A stretch of DNA of 64,000 nt, from positions 20,659-84,658 of the forward strand of contig ADNK01002827.1 in assembly GCA_000320545.1 (NCBI GenBank), in the 5' to 3' direction. Position numbers and translations under genes: made by a program. This DNA comes from Bigelowiella natans CCMP2755. Taxonomy: Eukaryota > Protista > Cercozoa. Each line of letters begins with the position of its first letter. Position 1 is the stretch's first letter. Under the pieces are notes generated by a model. The model was not told the DNA's origin and made no database searches. It saw only the letters and a program-made list of their open reading frames with translations. Positions 1 through 14,500 of this stretch are shown here, piece by piece.

Positions 1-1173
1 ATTTAGACTTGACTAGTTGACACATAGCCTTTACCTCAGCTAGTATGAATGCGACACGTACCTTAAGTACTAGTACACCTAGCTACCTAGCTACGCATGT
101 AGCATGCTAAGCATATTCTACATATTGCATAGGATATGAGAGCTAAGGAGAGAGCGCGCAACAAATGCGCAATCTAGTAATATTGAAGCCAAACACGCTA
201 AGCTGTCTCAAAATTGAATGCGCATGCATAAGAGCATAAGTAGCACGCTTATACCATCATTATCTATCGAAAAGTAGCGTGTACTAGAGCAGGGGAAACC
301 GTTGAAGGCCGTAGACAGATCGACAGAATATTGGGAGCAAAAATTAGGACGAAGATAGAGGAAGAAGCAAGGAGTAGGAGGAAATAACAATAAAAGGAGT
401 AGAAGATGCAGCAGCAGCAGCAGCAGCAGCAGCAACCGATTGAATGCAATGCTTGCTGTCTGGTATCTAGATGTCGGCATTTCGTCACTGCTACTTCTCT
501 GCAAATAGTAATAATAGCCTACAAAGACTCCTCCTGACTTCACACCTTCATTTATTTACTCACACCTTTTCTACTGGAAGTATCAGACAACAACGCTGAT
601 GACGGAGCATCTGTTTGCGAGATGACATCACGCCCAGCAGCCTTAGGGAGTGCAATTATCATCATTGATACTATCATTATCACTACCACCGTGATTGGGC
701 TCACCGTCCTCCTTCCAAGGATGCCTCGCACATATACAGCTGCTGGTACATTTGAGGCAGCAGCTCTCTCCATCGAATCCTGCTGCTCCTCCGCTAATCT
801 TTCACTGCAGCGTACGAGATTTCGATACAGTCCTGCTTCTTTAACTGTTCATACGTGCTAGAACAGTGAGCACCCAAGAGGGGTCTTACTACGCACATGT
901 CGCACCATCGTGGGTAGTGCTATTTGGATCACCTCTCTGCTAGTGCAAGTGCAGTTGATATAAATGATAATAATAATAATAATAATGACAATAATAATAA
1001 TATTAACCCACAAGCAGCCCCCGCCCGGGTTTCCCCCTCCATAACATAAATGGAGCTCAGGCCGTAGTACTACTACGTGAAGCGTAGGAAGACTAATATG
1101 TGCTGCTTTGTCGCTTACTTAAGCACCCTTTACCCGTTGGTGCCACCATTCCCATCATCACCACCCATCCTCC

Positions 1174-1452
1174 TCATCGGAAGGTAAAATCTGGATTTGG
1201 TAGAAATTCGTCGTTAACGAAGGTGAAGGTCATGAGGTGCTCTCGCAGCCACGACTTCGTGACGCCCTCGATGATGCAGTCTCGGTATCTGTCGTTTGTC
1301 ACAACGACGCCGCCGTGCTTATGAGCGTATTCTATGCAGTACGAGTCATCGTAGTCTTGCGCAGGAGTAGGAATCTGTGGAAGAGAAAGGGGGGGGGGCG
1401 AGGGGAAGGAGAAAATGATTGATATATAACAATTTTAAGATTCACACTATAT

Positions 1453-1483
<31 letters not shown>

Positions 1484-2482
1484 ATCATGATCACAGTAGA
1501 ATAGGTTGATGACCACGTAGCCTTCCTCTTTCAGAGAGAGGAGGAGCGAGATGTTGTCTGGCAGCTTCGTCTTGACTTTCTTCTCTGTTTCCAACCCTAG
1601 ACGAATAAGGTGACGGTGCTTGCTGGCATGCTCATAATCCAGGAGATATTCCTAGATTAGGAGGAGGGGAGTGCGGGAGGGAAGGAAGAAGGTAGAATAG
1701 AACGAGGAGGAGGAGGAGGAAGAGGGGGAGATAAACATGATGAAACCGACCAGAAATTGATAATGATAATAGCGATTGTAATGGATCGATGATGAAGATA
1801 GTATTCATGATGATAAAATGAGAATGAGGATGGAAATATTATAGAAGCGCTGAAGCAGGGATGTGCATCCTCTCTCTCTCTCTCTCGTCCTCCACATGAT
1901 AATCATACGATATATGTTCTTCGTCTTTATCGTGTCGTATTCTTACAACATTATCATTAATTACCGGCAGGAAGGCCACCATCCTCGTAAAGCCCTTCTT
2001 TCGAAAGTGATCGATTGCAAGCTGCACCCCTTCGCATGAGAACCGCTTATGATTTCCATGCCGAAGGCAAATGTTTGGCAGATCGAGCACCAGCAGGTTT
2101 TTGTTGGATGCCTCTGCTACAGCATCGGCAGCTGTCCCAGTATCCTTCGCATCAGCTCCGGATTTGTCCTTATTCTTCAACGTTTGGGTCATAATTTCAT
2201 CCACTAGCTGCGTCCTTCTGACCTGCTCTCTTGCACGAGCTGCACGTGCACGCGCCATTGCAACGAGGTCGTCAGTGTTTTCCCCCTTGAAGTTCATCAC
2301 CCCTGCCTTACCGCGCAGAAGGAGAAGCTGCTGCTGTTCCTGGGCAGATGATGACGCGGAGGTGGCGTGATCTGCTCCTCCGTCACTGTTAGTAGCAGCA
2401 GGAGCGGCAAGAGAAGTGCTGCTCTTATTGTCGTCACTGATATCTTTCTTATCAGCAACACTAGCCGTTGGTTTTGTGGTTG

Positions 2483-2517
<35 letters not shown>

Positions 2518-2658
2518 GTGGTGGTGGTGTTGGCGATTGTCGATGTAGTAGGAGCAGCTGCTGATGATGTGGTTGCTGCTGCTTTCTTATCCTGTGATGA
2601 CACATCCACCACCACTGCTGGCTCCTCACCTTCCTTGCTTTGCACCTAGAGTTCGGAC

Positions 2659-2708
<50 letters not shown>

Positions 2709-4065
2709 CTCATACATGTATACTCCTCGTGTGTGTTGTAGAAGAGAGATTGGGAGAGAGGAAGAGAGGAATAGACTGAGAGAAAGAAACAGAGAGAAAG
2801 GGGCCGTACAAACGGTCTCATATACTCCATATACAACAAGAGGATATTATCAATTCTATCTATCACTACCTACCTTTTCATTGACGCTAATATTTTTGTC
2901 ATCGAGGAGGCGAGATGCTGATGCCTCTGGTTTCTGTTTTCTCTCATCATCTGTACCCCTCGATCTGGCCTCAACGACCCTCTTCTCGTCGCTTACAACA
3001 CTACTTTTACTACCACTACTGCCAACACCATTTGCATTATTTTCAGTCGTCGCGCCCCCTTCCTCTTCCAATCCCTGCTCTTGATGATGCGGCTCGGGCT
3101 GAACGGTAACAAAACGATTAGTCTTGGCATCCTTGAATAGGACTGCCCTCGCTGCTTTCAATGTGGCACGAATTTGCCACTTCAGTGTGAAGTAATCATG
3201 TCCTGGTTGCTGGTGCTGTTGTTGTTGCTTCTGCGATTGTGCAGCCCCTTCCTCTTTCTTCTTCCTCTTCTTCTTCTGCTCTTTCTCGGCAGCAGCGGCA
3301 GCACGCTTAGCATGGCCAGAGGCAACCAGCCCGACTGTTTGAGTCTTAATCAATGATGCAGCGATACGGTATCTTTCACTCTGATGAAAGTGTTAGAAAT
3401 GGCCGGATTAGTGCTAGAAGCTGGTGAGGCACAAATCAATTCTAATACAGGCGAGGGGGAGGGCAAGATGAAACTATGAACTACATGGGGGAAGTGAAAA
3501 AGAAAGCAAAAGTGCCACATCATATCGACTTGAGAACCAACGGCACGTGCTATCTTAGTGAGCGTCTCACCAAATCAACACCAGTGAAGGCGCACCCCAT
3601 GCTACTTCCGTTTCTGATGAATTCCAGGGTGCCTTCGTTGTCACTGTTCTTTGTCCTCCGGAGCCTAAAGCCAATTTCATCGCCTTGTTGGATTGGAGTC
3701 TGAGCGTACGCCGTTGCGCCTCCTTTCTGACTGCCTAAAGTCTCTCCAGTACCGCAGATTAGACCAAACCCAGGCACCTAACATATCACAGCATATCGTA
3801 ATGATGACAATGGAGACAATCATGATGATGATGATGATGATGATGATTGAAAGACGAGAAAAGCTAAATGAGAAGTACGCACACACTCTCTCTCACACAC
3901 ACATATTCACATATATATATATATATATATATGATATATAATATTTATTGTTTATCCTCTCACCTTCCAGCCGATTGGAAGCCTGGCGTCGGAGGGGAAG
4001 CTATCTGGCACAACACCCACCACCTTGATGCACAACAACGACGTGCCGTCAAAATAATAACAATG

Positions 4066-4097
<32 letters not shown>

Positions 4098-4483
4098 CAC
4101 TACCATCGCCATTATCTTCACACGCGTTATCAACAACACGGTAGCATCATCAGTACTACAACAATCATTTTAATCAATACTACAGTACCCTACCACTGCG
4201 AAGTTATTGTCGGATGTGCGTAGCTGCTCCAAAATGAGGGCGTCACCGCAACCACTCCCAGAACCACTATTTTCCTCTTTCTCTGATACACCCCCCCCCT
4301 CTTCTTCCTCCTCAGCTTCCTCCAACACTTCCACAACAGAGCTGCTGATGACCGTTTGCCATCGAGTCAATTTCCGAGAACTGACAAATGCCAAATACGA
4401 ACAGCCAACGTCATCAGCGTTGGCAATGTTTTGTCTTGTAACTCTTAACAGGAGGCTCATTTTCACTGCGCTATACTCCATAT

Positions 4484-4528
<45 letters not shown>

Positions 4529-4845
4529 GGTGTGTGTGTGTGTGTGTGTGTGTATTTAATCAGTACTACCTTGCTGATTTCCCATTGTTACCAACTGTGA
4601 TCTGTGCACAGCCTTCACTAGCCATCCAGGCTCCTTCAGGCTGAAGAGGTACTGCTACTACGGATTCTCCCTGTCCCTCTTCCCCCCCCCCTCCTCTTCG
4701 CCAATGCTGTCAATTTTCGTGCTGAGAGGCTGCAGGGAGGCTGCTCGGGGCTTATTGGAGAACTCCTCGAGATTTCCTGTTAAATTGGATTGGAAAGATA
4801 ACGTCATGTGGTTTGCAATATACTGCGCGTAAAATGAACGAGTAG

Positions 4846-4881
<36 letters not shown>

Positions 4882-5177
4882 AGTAGCAGCACTCCTTCCT
4901 TCCTTCCTTCCTTCCTTCCTTGACTACTATTCTATTACTAGTTCTTTACCAAGAGGTGCGAACCCAGATATGAGATCCAGTGCGGCGCTATTTACACGAG
5001 CCCTAGTCCTACGCATCTTTAGAAGGAAGGATTGGTCAGCAGAGTCACAAACGAGAGGGGGAGGGGGACGGGATAGCCTACCCTACGACGACTACTACCA
5101 CTACGACTGCTGCTGCTGCTGCTGCTACAAATATGTGACTCTCATTCTCGTGATAAGCTTGTTGTGTTTCTACCCCT

Positions 5178-5215
<38 letters not shown>

Positions 5216-6473
5216 CATCATCATTATCCTTTCATCTGTCCCCTCTCTGTGTCTTGTGTGCACAAACACCTTCTGAAGTGCATTAGCGAGCCGTGCCAGA
5301 CTGGTAGTGAAGAACGCCTTCCTGTCGGTGTCGGGCGCTTGGTTGACCGAGAAGCCATTGTAGCTTAGCCACAGGCTTAACGCCGAGATAGGAGCGAGAT
5401 ATTTTAGGGAGTTCAGGTTGCCAGCACATCGGCGCATTGCAGCACCAAAGAACTCAAAGATGAGGTCCATGGCGCGTAGTGTCACCACGCTCATAGCATT
5501 GTACCCTGCAATGACGCCATTAGACCTGAGATGCTCGTCGTGGTGCTTTTGATGGTGATGTGGGTCTGTCGCATCCATTTCAGCTTGGTATCTGAAAGGG
5601 GGGGGGTTAGGTGTACAATGATGCAATCTGTGAGGACGACGACAATGGGCGTTGATACTAGAAAAGTAGCAAACACCTCGAATATGGTCGCTTTAAAATT
5701 CTAACGATTCTTTCGTTTTCTTCTTCTTCTTCCTCTTTCGTATCAACTACTATTACGGGCGACAATCATCTATCTTACTGGAAGGGGTGATTCTGAGGCA
5801 GTCGGCCATTCTGCGCGAGCACGATGCAGAGAATAGCCACCCGTATGAGCACACCATCTGTAATCGCCCCCGCTTCAAGGCAGTAGTGAAAGCTTTCCAG
5901 GCACTGTGTGAACAGGCGCTCGGCATCATCGAGATTGATCTTGGTGAATAAAACGCCCCCAAGTCTCGCGAGGAGCACAGCAAATCTGGCCAACGCGATG
6001 CCTGTTGGGAGGCTGGACACCATCCTCACCCCACCTGAAGCCACGAGCGCGACGAACCGTTTACGACTGAGTTTAGGGGGGGGGCGGGGGGCGGGGGGCG
6101 GGGCAGATTCAATTAATTGACGTATGGAAAATACGAAAAATGTTGCGATGCGAATGGTGTGGTCGCCATCCCATATTAACGTTCCACCTCGCTCAATCTA
6201 CCCTAGTTCGTATTGCATTTCCGATGTTGTTTGTCGGATATTGTGACTGTGTATTTATTATCAAACCTTGACTCGAAAGCTGCGAGCAAGTTCTCACGCG
6301 CTGGAAAAGGTTCCAGAGCCTCGGTCGACATCATGTACTGGAATATTACCTGATATAGATAAAAAACAACAATAAGAGATTAGGTGAAACTTCCCCAGAC
6401 CAGCCACAAATGGAGCTTATCAAGCAGTATTCTCAGTGCTTCTACATTTCCTCTTCCTCTACGTATAACTATG

Positions 6474-6515
<42 letters not shown>

Positions 6516-7260
6516 ATACACATTACTACTACAACCACTACTACTATCACCACTGTACTACAAAAACCCTCCCCTCCTCCGCACACCTCCAGTCATCCGA
6601 AGTCGAAACCATGGGCCATCTGGTTGTGGCCTTGCCATATCCAGGGCAGGTCTGAGCCGCCAACTTGTACAAAGCGCGGGCTCGCTCGTAGAAAACAGCT
6701 TTCTTCCTTGTCACCATCCTCCTTACTGCAGCTGCTTTCTCTTCCTCCCTCTTTTGCCTCCCCCGACTTCCTCTACTTCCTCGTCCTCGTCCTCCTCCTG
6801 CTGGTGCTTTAGGGGAATCGCTGATTAGCAGCGTACGGTAGCGTTCTAAATCGCCCAAAGCAATATAAATCTCTGCGACAATACGGCAAACCTGGTAGTA
6901 GAAGTAGCAACGTGGTACATTTCAGTGGGAGGAAGGAAAGCAAGGAAAGCATGCGAATTTGGCAAAAGGAGCATGCAATGCTCTGCGCTCTATTCTCACA
7001 CCATACCGTTATGTCACGAGATGTATCCTTGCTCTTGATTTCTCCATACTGCTCGCGCATGATATCCCGCAAATAGGTCTGCTCACTCCCCCCTCCAGCT
7101 TCAGCTGGATAAAGGTTGAACCTCACGCACACGCACTCCACGAATCTGAGTATGGAAGACCATTCCTCACAACTCTATTTCAATCAATAGCAATCAAGAG
7201 CAAGTATCCATGCAATAGAAGTAATTTCGGCTCACATACTATTTTGATATTATACAAATG

Positions 7261-7308
<48 letters not shown>

Positions 7309-7422
7309 ATTTCCACTTTACCCTCTGAAGAATTTTGATCCTTCGTAAATGTGGCGATGGAGAGTATCACGTCCAGCATCTGTGGCGACAGGTTGGACTC
7401 CTCTTCGGTGACGTTGTTGTTC

Positions 7423-7458
<36 letters not shown>

Positions 7459-9020
7459 GTTGTAGCGACGGATTGCTGTTTTAAGTCTTTGAATATCGTG
7501 ATAGAAAGTCATCCACACGCGCAAAACCACGTTCTTCAGCAACGCGTATTCAGGTGCTCTCATAACCAGATCGACATATCTGACACAATGTATTAAGAAT
7601 GGATCTCTTCAATAAAGTATCTATCTATCAAGGTAAAATTAGTTTTGTCGATATTACTAATACTATTATTCCTACAGTTATTCAATATTGCTTACACGTC
7701 GCGGAGATCTGAACGCAGCGCAGTAGCCTCCTGCTGGTGGTCTCCCCACCCCTGTTGGCCCAGCTCTTTCAAACGCACTTCCATTTGCCTGGCTGTTTCA
7801 AACAGTTTTTGGTGGTCGGTCGTTTGGGGAGAGCGACGGCGACGAGAGTCCTTTCCATTTGGAGCCGATGAAGGTATGGATCCCCCTTTGACTGGAATAG
7901 CATTCGCAGCTGCCCTAGAAAAGTCGCTCTCTCCTTCTCCTCCATTACCGCTAGTACCGTTCTTCTTATGGATACGGTTGTAGGCTTTTAGTAGAGAGAA
8001 CATCACATTGGCCCTATCTCTCTTAGTTGTCGGCCCTTTCGTAGTGGCGGTGGCGGCGGCGGTGGTAGCATTGGCACTTGCCTTCTTCTTTTCCTTCTTC
8101 TTGTTCTTCCTCCTCTGCTCCTCATTAGAGCGGGGCATAGCTTTGACATCAGCATCATCGGCCTTTGACGCCGATGACAGGTGTTTTTTTTTATACACCC
8201 GCCCCCCTTTCTCACTACCAGGATTCTGCTGTTGTGGATAGCTGGGCTTGGGTTCGTAGAACCCACCGCCGTCACCATCACGCTGTGCCTTTTTATGATC
8301 CTTATAAGGATCTTGGTCGCTGTTCGGGTTGAGCTTACGTGCGGTTTGGTTCAGCAACTGCAGAGCAGCGTTATCGAATGACTCCATTTCACTGCTTTGC
8401 CTGGAATAATAGTCGCCCCCACGCGAAGGTCCTTGTGACCTACGGACCCTGTAATGTTCGCGTGTAGGGCGAGTATTTCGGTGTTTGTTTTTATTGCTAC
8501 TTGGCGTAGTCCCCTTTCTGCTCCCTCCCTCTCTGCCATCCCTAGTGTATTTCCCCGGAGATTTAGAACTTCTGTTTGTATTCCTGTTATTAACACGATG
8601 CTTGCGTGGTAGTCGAGAGCTACCACCATCCCCCTCCAAATTGGCAAGGCGGCTTTTTAGTTCTCTTATTCGTTGCTTCCTAAGCGTTGGGCGTTCTTCA
8701 TCAGAAGAATCACCGTAGTTGCGGCTGAACTCTGCGAGATGCTGCTTCTCCCGCTGCCTTTCATACCTTACGCGGTCAGGATTTGCCACTCTTGATGCAG
8801 GTGGCCTGTATCGTTCTCCAGATCTGCCTTTGTTCCTCGCACTACTCCCCTTTTTAGAACGACTTATGTTTTGGCTTTCGCCAGTAGCTTTCTTCTTCCT
8901 TTTCTTCTTGTCTTTCTTCTTCTGCTCTTTACTTTTACTGCGAGGTTTAGCTTCTCCTCGCTTTCGCCTGCGTTCAGGAACATCACAATCCGACGAAAGA
9001 TCTGAAGATGATTCACTCAT
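1174..9020 (-). CDS. Multi-exon EST1/SMG6-7-like protein: K/R-rich N-terminus, EST1 TPR/14-3-3-like region, SPRY domain, C-terminal Zc3h12a/Regnase-type PIN RNase
   Basis: Stitched exons give EST1-family motifs (VVLRVWMTFYHDIQRLK; LGDLERYR...ALYKLAAQTCPGYGKA; VIFQYMMSTEALEPFPARENLLAAFE; ISGFAPL). SPRY motifs: VVGVVPDSFP..IGW; IQQGDEIGFRL...TLEFIRNGSSMGCAFTGV. Complete Regnase-like PIN: LLVLDLPNICLRHGNHKRFSCEGVQLAIDHF ... TPAQDYDDSYCIEYAHKHGGVVVTNDRYRD ... LMTFTFVNDEFLPNPDFTFR*, stop at 1174-1176. First exon is ORF 7692..9020. Confidence 0.8.
2662..2705. repeat. Intronic (TA)n microsatellite, representative of many (e.g. 4490, 7265, 11085, 45505, 46540, 49790)
   Basis: Perfect TA runs seen directly. 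(CA)n, (GA)n, (CAT)n and (AGC)n runs are also abundant in introns. Confidence 0.95.
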
Positions 9021-9482
9021 AGCAAGATCTACCGCCGTCGAGTCCCCTAATGCTGATTCATTAAAAGAGCTTTAGGCAATGGCATAACCATGTTTCATAG
9101 TCAAGCGTAAACTAGACACCAACTTAGAAACGGGATTAGATTCAACAATTGGTACACATGAAAGCATCTGCCACATCTTGTGCTCACCTTCGAAGGTAGC
9201 TCTAACTTACTTCGTCGATGGAACAGAAGGAACTCGATGCCAATCCAGATGTTTCTTCCGCCCTGCGACAACCATGGAAGGATGTCTCGCGGAGGCAATG
9301 TCCTTAATTTCCAGTTTTCTGTGCACTACTCGCTGAATCGCGAAGGGCTTCCCAATCATGGAAAAATCCACAACGAAATGCAGTCGAAATGTGGGTGGAT
9401 TCAGCTGAAATACGCCCAAACTGAAGGAAAATGCGCTTAATACGAATCGGGTGAGAAAATTCGTATCGGGAGTTGATGGCCA

Positions 9483-11080
9483 ATGGGAGACTACCAGGCC
9501 ACCGTTCCGTTAGAGGAGGAAGATGACCTCTTCGACGACTCGGACAATTTAGAGGATTCGGCTATGGTACATAAACATTTCTAGCTTCGTAGATGAGAGC
9601 GATCAATTCTTAATATGCAATAGTCCCATCGTTCGTCTTTCCTAATGCGATTCGATAACACTAGGAGGATGCAACGGTGTCGTTAAGGTTTGAAGAGAAA
9701 AGCGGTATCGGCTTGCAACTACTTCGCCCTGGTCTGCATACAATAGGGAAAGATTCTAGGTATACTTTTCCTTCGTGGAGTTGTTATATCAACGTAATAA
9801 CCTGCAAATTTTCCACCTTCAGGAAAGACATGGTGGACATCACGATCAATAACAAATCTGTATCGAACAAGCACGCAATACTTGAAGTGGGGAGATCCGG
9901 TGAAGACCATTTCATAACAGGTGGATTGTAAACAGAGGGCGTTGTATTCTATGCTAGATTGTCACATGAGTAATAACGTTGCCAATAACCGCCCTACACT
10001 TTGGCAGATCTTGGAAGTCTGAATGGAACCAGAGTCGGCCATTCGATCAATAGCAAGAAGGTCTTTTTGTGTGAATTTCAAAATAGGAAACACTTCTTCC
10101 CCCTTTTTTCTGCAATGCAGCGAAAACCATTAACATTCCTCTTGTGTATAATCGCGCTGGTAATAAGCTCCTTTGTATTTTATTGTGCAATAGAATCGTC
10201 GTATCAAGCGGATGATTAAGACTCAGCTCTCCGATGGCGTGTATGATTTTACAAGCGAAATATTGATTAACGGGCCCATCATCACATCTAACGTCTTAGC
10301 AGCCACCCTAACATTCTTCCATCGAAATATGGGATAAAATTGCTGAATCCCTCATTGATCTTCTCAGACAATCTTTCTCTCCATTACATATCAGATACAT
10401 CACGTTCGGTAACGAGACCGCTGAGTTTCGTATTCTCTCTCTCAACACCACGCTGCAGCAGAAGAAAGCATTGGAGCGAGCTCCACCATCCCCAACTCAG
10501 CCTCTTGACAGGACTCAATCATTTGTCGAAATGGTCGGCCATTGCCTTCCCCACTGTCAATGTATCATTTATGTGGATCTTATTTCCGTTTGCCGCATTT
10601 GCAGGAGGAATGCCAAGAGGCTGTTACACAGTCATTTGAAGAGGTACTATGCATCGTTTCATATAGTAGCAGAGCGGTAGCAGGGTGGCAAATAGTAAAG
10701 TTATTCATTGCGTGCGTCTGCTTGTTGCTTTTGTTTTGTCTTTGCTTTTTGTGCGTTGTCCTTTATTTCTTACCCACTTTCCTTGAAACTGTACGCCAGA
10801 TTGAGAGTACAAAACCAAGGGCTGCCGATGCTAATGGTGGATTTAAAACAAATCATATGGATCTTTAGCACACACATACACACATACACACACACAACAA
10901 ACAGATGTCTACATCTATATGATGCATCTTGTTTGAATTTTGATGATATATTTTATATGTGTACATTATAGGCTGTCGCTCCCCAACGCAAGACTTCGAG
11001 GTGAATCAGCTCTATTATTTCCTTTTTCTTTTCGGTTTCCACGTTTATGCTTTTTTCGATACTAAAAGTTAGATATATAT

Positions 11081-11120
<40 letters not shown>

Positions 11121-11506
11121 GGAGAGGAAATTAGGAAGGTCAGTGTCTGGTGGTAGCAACGTGCAGAAAAACGAAGGAACATCGGTGGCGCGTGGAGGTC
11201 GTGATGTAACACAATCTCCCGCAGCTCTGTCCCCAATTCTCAACTGTGAGGTAGTAAATCAAGATGGTTGGAATCAAAGGGGAGCTGTTGGGGAGGGTGA
11301 AGACGAATAAAGGCCAAAAAACATCGGTAGAAGAAGTTCAAGGAAATATTCTAAGTAACCTCTGAGCTCAGTTTCTTAAGAAAAGAAAACCTTTTTTTTG
11401 CTCGATACTTTCTACATTATTATATCAGTTTAAGAATACAATGTCAATGCTTTAATTATAACTTCTTTTAATATTGCGTGTCTGTGCAAGACTAGCAATA
11501 TAGTCA

Positions 11507-11541
<35 letters not shown>

Positions 11542-14500
11542 ACACGCTAGATGTCCCAGGAAAAGGAGGAGAAGAAGAAGTCCCTCCTACCTCTCACGGT
11601 TCCTTACGATGCAACAACAGAAGGTTTGATATTGACTGATACAACAGCAATCCAAACAATATATATAATAGGCCCAACATCCTCCTGAATACTGAGATTC
11701 TCTGAATCGATATAAACCTTACGACATGGAAATATACAAAAACACAGTGAAGGAACCGGGAGACTCTCAAAATTGTCCCCCCCCCCAGAGTGAAGCTACA
11801 GTCCCGTATGATCACGACAACGCTATCAGCGACAAATCCCAGGAGGAAAAGGGAATAGAGGCTGCTAGAAGTAGCGAGAAGCTTACTGAAACCATCCCCT
11901 TTGACCATCCACCTCCATCGGATGATAAGGAAGATGGAGGGGGAAAGAATAGCAATGGAGACGGGAGCGATGAATTCACCGAGACTTTGCCGTTTGACCA
12001 TGTAGTGGAGGATGAGGGGGGGGCCGAGAGCAAACATTGCAAAAAGGAAGAGACAACAAAGGAAGATAAGGCCGAAAAAATTGGCGTGGGAAACGTTGAT
12101 AAGGATGGGAATAGCGCTGTGTTCTCCGAGACCGTAGCGTACGAAGATGACAATGATGACGATGATGATGATGATGATGCTGCTGCTACAGAAGGTACGT
12201 ACGTACTACTGCTATGTGAAAAAAAAATCGATAAGTAGCAGCTGCATCATGAGTGTGCTATACACCAGAGTCAAACTATGAGGAGACTGTGCCTTTTGAC
12301 CACCGTGACGAAGATAGCAAGCCGGAAGGAGAAGAAGCGAAGAAAGAGAAGGAAATGGAGGTACTTAATCATTCGCGAGCACACGCTGCTCCGCCTTCCG
12401 CTAGTACTAGAACAATAGAGGCAACAGTTCCTCGCGTGGTTCATCGCACTGGGACTTTCATGCATTGATGAAAACCACCCTCAAACTCTCTTTCTCTCAG
12501 ATCGACGCTACTGTTCCGTATAGGGAAGATGGCGTGCAGGCGGCGGGAAAGAATGTACCCGCTAAACTAGCTAGATGTGTTTGAATACACGCAGTTATAT
12601 AACCTCACGTGCAAGAATTGAAAGATGGACAGTATCAGAAGCTCGTGACTAAGCAACGTTAACATTCATAGGACGCACAGAGAGACGATTTGTTTGAGCC
12701 GACAGTGCCATTTGACCACAACCGCCAGCTTGATGAAAAGGAAGATGAGACAGCTCAAGGTGTAGCAGCAGGGCCGAAGAAAACAAATGAGAACAAGGTA
12801 TATGTAATACAACTTACGAACGATAAAGTGAAGCAACGTGCAAGATATTTCATTCAGCATGCTGCAAGAATAATTGTGTACTGCGCGAAATAATAAATAT
12901 TTCATCTTTACCCTCCTGGGTCCTACCTCCTCCTCCCAGGCGAGGGTTTATGAAGCAACGGTTGCCTACGAACCAACAGTACCTTTCGAGGCAGCTGCTG
13001 CTGTAACGAATAACAATGTTGGTGATGCTCATGCAGCTGCTGCTGCTGGTGGTGGTCATGACAGTGGCAAGGGAAGGAGTGGGGGGGGGCACCGACGAAG
13101 ACTCAAAAGAAAGATGGTGAGCAACGGCCATGGAGGCATTTGCAAAAAGGTGGACTGTAGAGAGTACTTCTGCTTCATCCAAGCATCCGACATATGAAGC
13201 TGCCTTTTGACGTTCATTGTGCAATTCAGGAGAGAGGAGGAGCAACTAAGGAGCCTCTCGACAATGTAGCGAAGGAAACGACCCATGCGAACGATCCTGA
13301 TGCGACACAGGTGATGATGGATGTTGCTGGATAGGGGTGGTTGTGCGGGGAGGGAGGGATGCTACCTTGGATAACAGTTTCTGTCATGTACTGATATATC
13401 ATTGAGTTTTACGACTAAAGTAAAGCCTGTTGTCGTTGAATATAGGCATATCCAGACTCAATGCTAGAGGCCACAGTTCCATTATCCCCCCCCCCTTCGC
13501 TACTCGAGGGACCAACAGTATCCGCACATGTTACAGAGGAAGATGAAACAAAGAAAGTCGGAGCGATAGAAAAGGTAGCTGGGAGCTGCATACTATCTTC
13601 CCCTAATCATATCTTGTATGTGCGTCTGTGTGTGTGTGTGTGTGTGTGTGTAGACAATATTGCTTTGTGGTTGTAATCCTTCTAATTTGTTTGGCGTAGT
13701 TGGACATAAAATAGCCCTCATCTTTACTTAGCTTCCCAACGAGGTTATTATTGTGATTGAAGAAGATGATGTGAAACAGGTATCAAAAAGCAACACCGCC
13801 TCTGCCACCTCCTCCTCCCACGCCCCCTCCACACAAGAGTCATCTTCTTCAACGCCACGCCGCCGTCGCATACGCAAGCGAGTTCGCAGTTGTGCATCAC
13901 CCTCCACGGATATTACTTCCAACAGAAAGACTGAGCAGTCTTCGGAGTCAATAAAAATAGAGGGTGGAGGGAAGAAGGAGCATAAGGTTGATATTGCTTC
14001 TGCTGCTGATGCTGCTGCTGCATTGGCACTGCGGCACCGTGAGATGTCAGAGGAGACTCCGACTGTTGTGATTATTCCAGGGAAGTTGTCGGCTTCGTCG
14101 CTATTATCATCATCATCATCATCATCATCATCATCGTCGTCAAATGCGCCGCCCCCTTCCTCTTTGGGATTGGGGCCTTCTGTGCTATCGTCGTCTTCAT
14201 CGTCATCATCATCTTCTTCTTCTCGAGTGACAGTTTGGGTGCTGGGGAAATCGGCACAACACAGAAAGGAGCTGGAGCGATTAGGAATGCAGTGGGATGA
14301 TAGGCACCGCGCCTTCTTTGCCTCTGTCAGCAAAATGGTGCGAAAATCACTGCAGTCGAGGATTGAGCTCGTCCTCAGTACGCCGTCTCCTGAGGAGAAA
14401 AGGAAGAACAACAGCAGCAGCAGCAGCAACTCGAAGAGGAAAAAGACGAACAAGATCCTAAGCAAGGATAGGAGCGGTAGCAGAGGAATGGGTGATGATG

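Noticed and set aside
208-861. Short ORFs with poly-L/C/I runs
   Set aside because: Translations of microsatellites in the 3' UTR/intergenic region; no coding signature.
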